A stretch of DNA of 32,000 bases from Coprobacillaceae bacterium. GTDB lineage: Bacteria; Bacillota_I; Bacilli_A; Erysipelotrichales; Coprobacillaceae. This document shows positions 28,111-32,000 of this stretch, piece after piece (the stretch's first letter is position 1; each line of letters starts with the position of its first letter). The notes under the pieces are model-generated. The model worked only from the letters and a program-made list of their open reading frames with translations, had not been told where the DNA came from and searched no databases. The stretch is taken from contig OY780959.1 in NCBI GenBank assembly GCA_963675915.1, positions 1,950,001 through 1,982,000 of the forward strand. The letters run 5' to 3'. Both the position numbers and the translations under genes were made by a program.

Positions 28111-28777
28111 TTTCCTCCAAATAATACCCCGCGCCTCTCGATGCCTTGAGAATCACATTGGCTCCGATCCCCTTCAATTTCTTTCGTATATAAGAAATAT
28201 AAGTCCAGACAACATTAATTTCACTTTCACTTTCATAGCCCCAAACCTTATCCATGAAAGTTTCAGTTGAAATAACGGCCCCTTTTTGATTCAACAGCAT
28301 CTCAAGAATCTGAAATTCTTTCGAAGCAAGTTTGTATTCGCCTTTTGGACCTTTGAGCAGGAAAGTCACTCGCGACAAAGTGATATTACCCAAGGAGAGA
28401 TCATTGGTAATAACATCCTGATTCCTTCGCGTCAGCATCCGGATTCTTGCCAACAATTCCTTGGATGCAAAAGGTTTGGTCAAATAATCATCAGCGCCGC
28501 TGTCAAGACCGTCGACCTTGTCATCGACTTCACTTTTGGCGGTAAGCAGCAGTACTGGCAAGCGATTGCCCTGCTCCCTTATCTTTTTTAGAGCAGTCAC
28601 CCCGTCCATCTCAGGCATCATAATGTCCAGGATACCTAAATCATAATTTCCCATCATGGCATAATCGACGAAATCGATTCCGTTAGCCACCCAATCAACT
28701 TCGTAATTGTTGCGCCGCATCAATACTTGCAATACCGATGCAATATCTTCTTCATCTTCGGCCAGTAAAATTCTCAT
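28100..28777 (-). CDS. OmpR/PhoB-family response regulator
   Basis: The ORF track starts at 28786 (MMIMRIL). ATG 28777 (MRILLAEDEEDI) sits 9 nt after GAGGTG and is preferred. Receiver motifs are DIMMPEMDG and LLLTAK. The C-terminus is a winged-helix domain (...VWTYISYIRKKL). Confidence 0.9.
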   Translation of the reverse strand: MRILLAEDEEDIASVLQVLMRRNNYEVDWVANGIDFVDYAMMGNYDLGILDIMMPEMDGVTALKKIREQGNRLPVLLLTAKSEVDDKVDGLDSGADDYLTKPFASKELLARIRMLTRRNQDVITNDLSLGNITLSRVTFLLKGPKGEYKLASKEFQILEMLLNQKGAVISTETFMDKVWGYESESEINVVWTYISYIRKKLKGIGANVILKASRGAGYYLEENDG

Positions 28778-28865
28778 AATCATCACCTCTACTACTAATT
28801 ACCATAATTACTTAAAACATACTTAAAATAATCACTTAACTAGATAAATTATAGCATTATTACGT

Positions 28866-28892
28866 AAAAAACAAAACTCACCTCACGGTGAG
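28866..28892 (-). terminator. Rho-independent terminator after the Cys-module membrane protein gene
   Basis: Minus-strand RNA is CUCACC-GUGA-GGUGAG followed by UUUUGUUUUUU. Confidence 0.75.
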
Positions 28893-28896
28893 CTGT

Positions 28897-29946
28897 CTAT
28901 ACTGCAGAATTATATAACTCGTTGTAATCCTCAGTTTTTTCGTCGGCCTGTCTTTCCCCACGACCACATTGGGGCGCCGCCAACGAACAATGACGTCCAC
29001 ATGCCGAACAGTTGAAGGTATTCAAATATTCCATCAAAGTCGGAATATTTGACGTATCGGTATCATCATCATCATCATCGCCAACACTTGTCGAAGAGCT
29101 CTGGTCAGTATCCGTCCCCGTATCTGAAGTTGTTGTATCTTCCTCGGTTGCCACAATCGGTTCGCTCTCGCCGTCACCATAAAGGTTATCATATTCAACG
29201 GTTGCGGCCTCGGCCTGATTAACACCAACTCCGCATTGAGGCGCTAACAGCGAACAATGACGATGGCAGCCGGTACAAGTCAACCCACCAAGATAATCAT
29301 CCAAGGTTATCACGGTTGTATCAGTCCCATCATCATCGAGATCATCATCTTCTTCTTCAGTACTGGTATTTGCTGCACCATTATTGTCACTGTCGTCAAT
29401 TTGGCTCGCAGCATTTTCAACCTGCAGGATATATGCAAATGAGCCGTAAACCATCCCTCCGATTAATAAAATCGCCCCAAATAGAGCGGAAAAGTTTACA
29501 GCTGGACGCTGCGATTGGCGTTTGATTGCCTTCATTATCCCTTTTAGATAAGGAACGTGAAGATAGAGATGGCCGATAATGATACCTAAAACCAGCCATG
29601 ATACGACATTGTGGAGTGATACCAAGGTTTCATTATATGCTGTTACAAACAGAACCCGGGAGATTATCAACCCTGAAATCACATCAACTGGCATCATGAT
29701 GATCAATAGCACATCCAAGATTGCATTGACCTTGCGGCTGCCTTTAAGTTTTCCAGTTAGCAGCGTTTTTAACTGGGCTTTGGTTTCTCGATAATTGAGG
29801 GCAATATGAGTCAGGAAAAATACTCCGATCATAATTCCCGCCACTTCATGAAATAGTGGCGTGGTTCCATATCCAAACATCAATGAAATCATCGTGAATG
29901 CCATCAAGGCATCAACCAATATTTTCACAATTACTTTTTTCTTCAT
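28897..29946 (-). CDS. Polytopic multi-His membrane protein (DUF4405-like) with an acidic tail carrying two CX2CX3CX6C modules
   Basis: ORF track, 349 aa. It has five predicted TM helices with embedded His residues (FHEVAG, LTHIAL, LHNVV, GHLYLHV). The tail holds two repeats of about 45 aa. Confidence 0.6.
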   Translation of the reverse strand: MKKKVIVKILVDALMAFTMISLMFGYGTTPLFHEVAGIMIGVFFLTHIALNYRETKAQLKTLLTGKLKGSRKVNAILDVLLIIMMPVDVISGLIISRVLFVTAYNETLVSLHNVVSWLVLGIIIGHLYLHVPYLKGIMKAIKRQSQRPAVNFSALFGAILLIGGMVYGSFAYILQVENAASQIDDSDNNGAANTSTEEEDDDLDDDGTDTTVITLDDYLGGLTCTGCHRHCSLLAPQCGVGVNQAEAATVEYDNLYGDGESEPIVATEEDTTTSDTGTDTDQSSSTSVGDDDDDDTDTSNIPTLMEYLNTFNCSACGRHCSLAAPQCGRGERQADEKTEDYNELYNSAV

Positions 29947-30001
29947 TCTAGTACCTCGTTTCCAACAGAACTTGTTACTGCTGTTTCTTCACTGATAGTC
30001 T

Positions 30002-30030
30002 ATCTTAATAATATGACAAAAATGTGACAA
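30002..30030 (-). promoter_or_regulatory. Candidate promoter for the Cys-module membrane protein gene, overlapped by a TTGTCA direct repeat
   Basis: Minus strand: TTGTCA (30030-30025), 17-nt spacer, TAAGAT (30007-30002). A second TTGTCA lies at 30019-30014. Confidence 0.4.
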
Positions 30031-30043
30031 TTGAAAAATAAAT

Positions 30044-30092
30044 AAAAAAACCTGTGAGAAAACCGCCCTAAGGACAGATTTTCTTCACAGGT
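30044..30092 (-). terminator. Rho-independent terminator after adhE
   Basis: Minus-strand RNA is CCUGUGAAGAAAA...UUUUCUCACAGG, a long imperfect stem (30092-30051) followed by U7 (30050-30044). Confidence 0.7.
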
Positions 30093-30108
30093 TAATAGTT
30101 AAGACAGA

Positions 30109-32000
30109 TTATTTAGCGAATTTGCTTTTGTAATCGTAGATTGTTCTCAACATTGCTTCCATATCATTGATAAGAGGCATTCTTGGGTTACATGGAGTAC
30201 ATTGATCTTCGTAAGCATTCATTGCCATACGGTGAATAGCTTCTTCCCATGTATCTTTAGCGATTCCTTGTGATTCGATATTTGCAGCAATACCGATTTT
30301 AGCACACAATTCTTCACAAGCATCAGCGAACATTGCGACACCTTCAGCTGGAGTTTTAGGATTTAATCCGATTAATTGAGCTAATTCCATGTATTTAACG
30401 TCAGCTTGATAGTTTTCAATTTTTGGCCAGATGTTTAATTTAGTTGGAACAGTACCATTGTAACGGATTACGTGTGGTAATAAGATACCATTTGTACGTC
30501 CATGAGGTACGTGGAATTCCCCACCGATTTTATGAGCTAATGAGTGGTTAACACCTAAGAATGCGTTAGCGAATGCCATACCAGCGATTGTAGCTGCATT
30601 ATGCATTTTTTCACGTGCAAGTGGTGAACCAGTGAATACTGAATCTTCTAAGTAATCGAATACTAATTTGATTGCTTGTTTAGCCCATCCGTCAGTGAAG
30701 TCAGATGCTAAGATTGAAACATAAGCTTCAACCGCATGAGTTAATACGTCGATACCTGTATCAGCAGCTACTGCTTTTGGTAATGTAGCAACGAACTCAG
30801 GGTCAACGATAGCTACAGTTGGAGTCAATGCGTAGTCAGCCAATGGATATTTTTTGTTTTCTTTTTTGTCAGAGATAACCGCGAAAGGTGTAACTTCAGA
30901 TCCAGTTCCTGATGTTGTTGGGATACAGATCATTTTAGCTTTACTTCCTAATTCAGGGAATTTGAATGCACGTTTACGGATATCCATGAATTTTTGTTTC
31001 AGATCATCGAATACTACTTCTGGGTTTTCGTATAATAACCACATGATTTTAGCAGCATCCATTGAAGACCCCCCACCTAATGCAACGATGCAGTCAGGTT
31101 GGAATGATTTCATTACTTCAACACCTTTGTATACTGTTTCCAAAGATGGATCTGGTTCTACTTCGAAGAATAATTCGATGTCTACTTTATTATTACGACG
31201 ACGGATTACATCTTCAATTTTATCAACGTAACCTAAGTTGTACATACCTTTGTCAGTTACGATCATACATTTTTCCATATCTTTCATATCTTTAAGATAT
31301 TGGATAGAATTTCTTTCGAAATAAATTTTTGGTGGAAGTTTAACCCATTGCATATTGTTGTTACGTCTCCCGATTCTTTTAATATTGATCAAGTTTAAAG
31401 CACTAACGTTGTTTGAAACTGAGTTATGTCCATATGATCCACAACCTAATGTTAATGAAGGGATGAATGCATTATAAACTGAACCGATTCCACCGAATGT
31501 TGATGGTGCATTTTCGATAATACGGATTGCTTTACATCTTCTACCGAATCTAACAGTGATGTCATGATCTTCAGTATGGATTGCAGCCGAGTGACCCAAA
31601 CCGTTGAATTCAACCATTTGTCCAGCTAATTCGATACCTTCTTCAGTACTGTTTGATTTCAAGATTGCTAATACTGGAGATAATTTTTCACGAGTTAATG
31701 GTTCATTTGGTCCAACTTCAGCACATTCAGCAGCAAGTACTTGAGTGTCAGCAGGAACAGTGAATCCAGCTTGTTCAGCGATCCAAGCAGCAGGTTTACC
31801 AACTACAGTCGCATTTAATTTACCAGCAGCAACGTTGTCAGATCCACTTTCAACACCGAACATGAATTTTTCTAACATTTTCTTTTCTTTAGCGTTTGTG
31901 AAATAAACTGGGTATTTTCCGATTTCAGCTTTGAATGCATCATAGATTTCTTTGTCAATGATTGCAGCTTGTTCAGAAGCACAGATCATCCCGTTATCGA
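30109..32000 (-). CDS. adhE: Bifunctional acetaldehyde-CoA/alcohol dehydrogenase (N-terminal part lies beyond the window)
   Basis: The reading frame is open to the window edge, so the Met at 31989 in the track is internal. ICASEQ is the catalytic-Cys context of the ALDH domain. Fe-ADH motifs are GGGSSMDAAK and HSLAHKIGGEFHVPHG. Confidence 0.9.
   Translation of the reverse strand, partial: DNGMICASEQAAIIDKEIYDAFKAEIGKYPVYFTNAKEKKMLEKFMFGVESGSDNVAAGKLNATVVGKPAAWIAEQAGFTVPADTQVLAAECAEVGPNEPLTREKLSPVLAILKSNSTEEGIELAGQMVEFNGLGHSAAIHTEDHDITVRFGRRCKAIRIIENAPSTFGGIGSVYNAFIPSLTLGCGSYGHNSVSNNVSALNLINIKRIGRRNNNMQWVKLPPKIYFERNSIQYLKDMKDMEKCMIVTDKGMYNLGYVDKIEDVIRRRNNKVDIELFFEVEPDPSLETVYKGVEVMKSFQPDCIVALGGGSSMDAAKIMWLLYENPEVVFDDLKQKFMDIRKRAFKFPELGSKAKMICIPTTSGTGSEVTPFAVISDKKENKKYPLADYALTPTVAIVDPEFVATLPKAVAADTGIDVLTHAVEAYVSILASDFTDGWAKQAIKLVFDYLEDSVFTGSPLAREKMHNAATIAGMAFANAFLGVNHSLAHKIGGEFHVPHGRTNGILLPHVIRYNGTVPTKLNIWPKIENYQADVKYMELAQLIGLNPKTPAEGVAMFADACEELCAKIGIAANIESQGIAKDTWEEAIHRMAMNAYEDQCTPCNPRMPLINDMEAMLRTIYDYKSKFAK

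Noticed and set aside
29062-29079. An (ATC)6 trinucleotide repeat as a possible phase-variation tract.
   Set aside because: It is in frame, encoding DDDDDD in an acidic linker, so slippage would only change linker length. Six units is short for a contingency locus.

Overview
The window looks like a low-GC, monoderm-type (Bacillota-like) chromosome: AGGAGG-type ribosome-binding sites (RBS), many hairpin+U-run terminators, and almost all genes on the minus strand. Family names below come from motif recognition by eye, not from database searches. Most of the window is housekeeping. It holds a partial Lrp/AsnC regulator, a lactonase/AIM24-like/HAD trio, carA-carB, ilvA, a second Cof-type HAD, asnB, gltX, ispF, pyrG, an S66 LD-carboxypeptidase-like gene and the 3' two-thirds of adhE. 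I saw no rRNA, tRNA, CRISPR array, transposase or integrase.

The stand-out region is 7731-15477 (minus strand), wedged between ilvA and carAB. It is a tightly coupled 10-gene operon that looks like a minimal Tad/archaeal-type type IV filament system.
- It has a small VirB11/CpaF-like ATPase.
- It has a single fused TadB-TadC-like platform protein.
- It has four paralogous Flp-like peptides starting M-[KR]-x-[LF]-[ILV]-[GE]-E-Y-G with essentially no leader peptide. Three are shorter than 60 aa and absent from the ORF track.
- It has a TadE-like protein, a membrane-anchored protein and two large secreted surface/adhesin-like proteins.
- No prepilin peptidase, TadZ or secretin gene is visible in the window.

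A second accessory block lies at 25309-30030.
- It starts with a VTC (polyphosphate-polymerase-like) + DUF4956 pair.
- Next is an OmpR-type two-component system.
- Last is a multi-His polytopic membrane protein whose tail carries two tandem CX2CX3CX6C modules separated by poly-acidic linkers. An 11-bp-phased TTGTCA direct repeat sits in its promoter.

Two leader attenuators are readable: a pyrG GGGC/pyrimidine-rich terminator leader, and a carA leader with a 29-codon ORF that ends inside a terminator hairpin.
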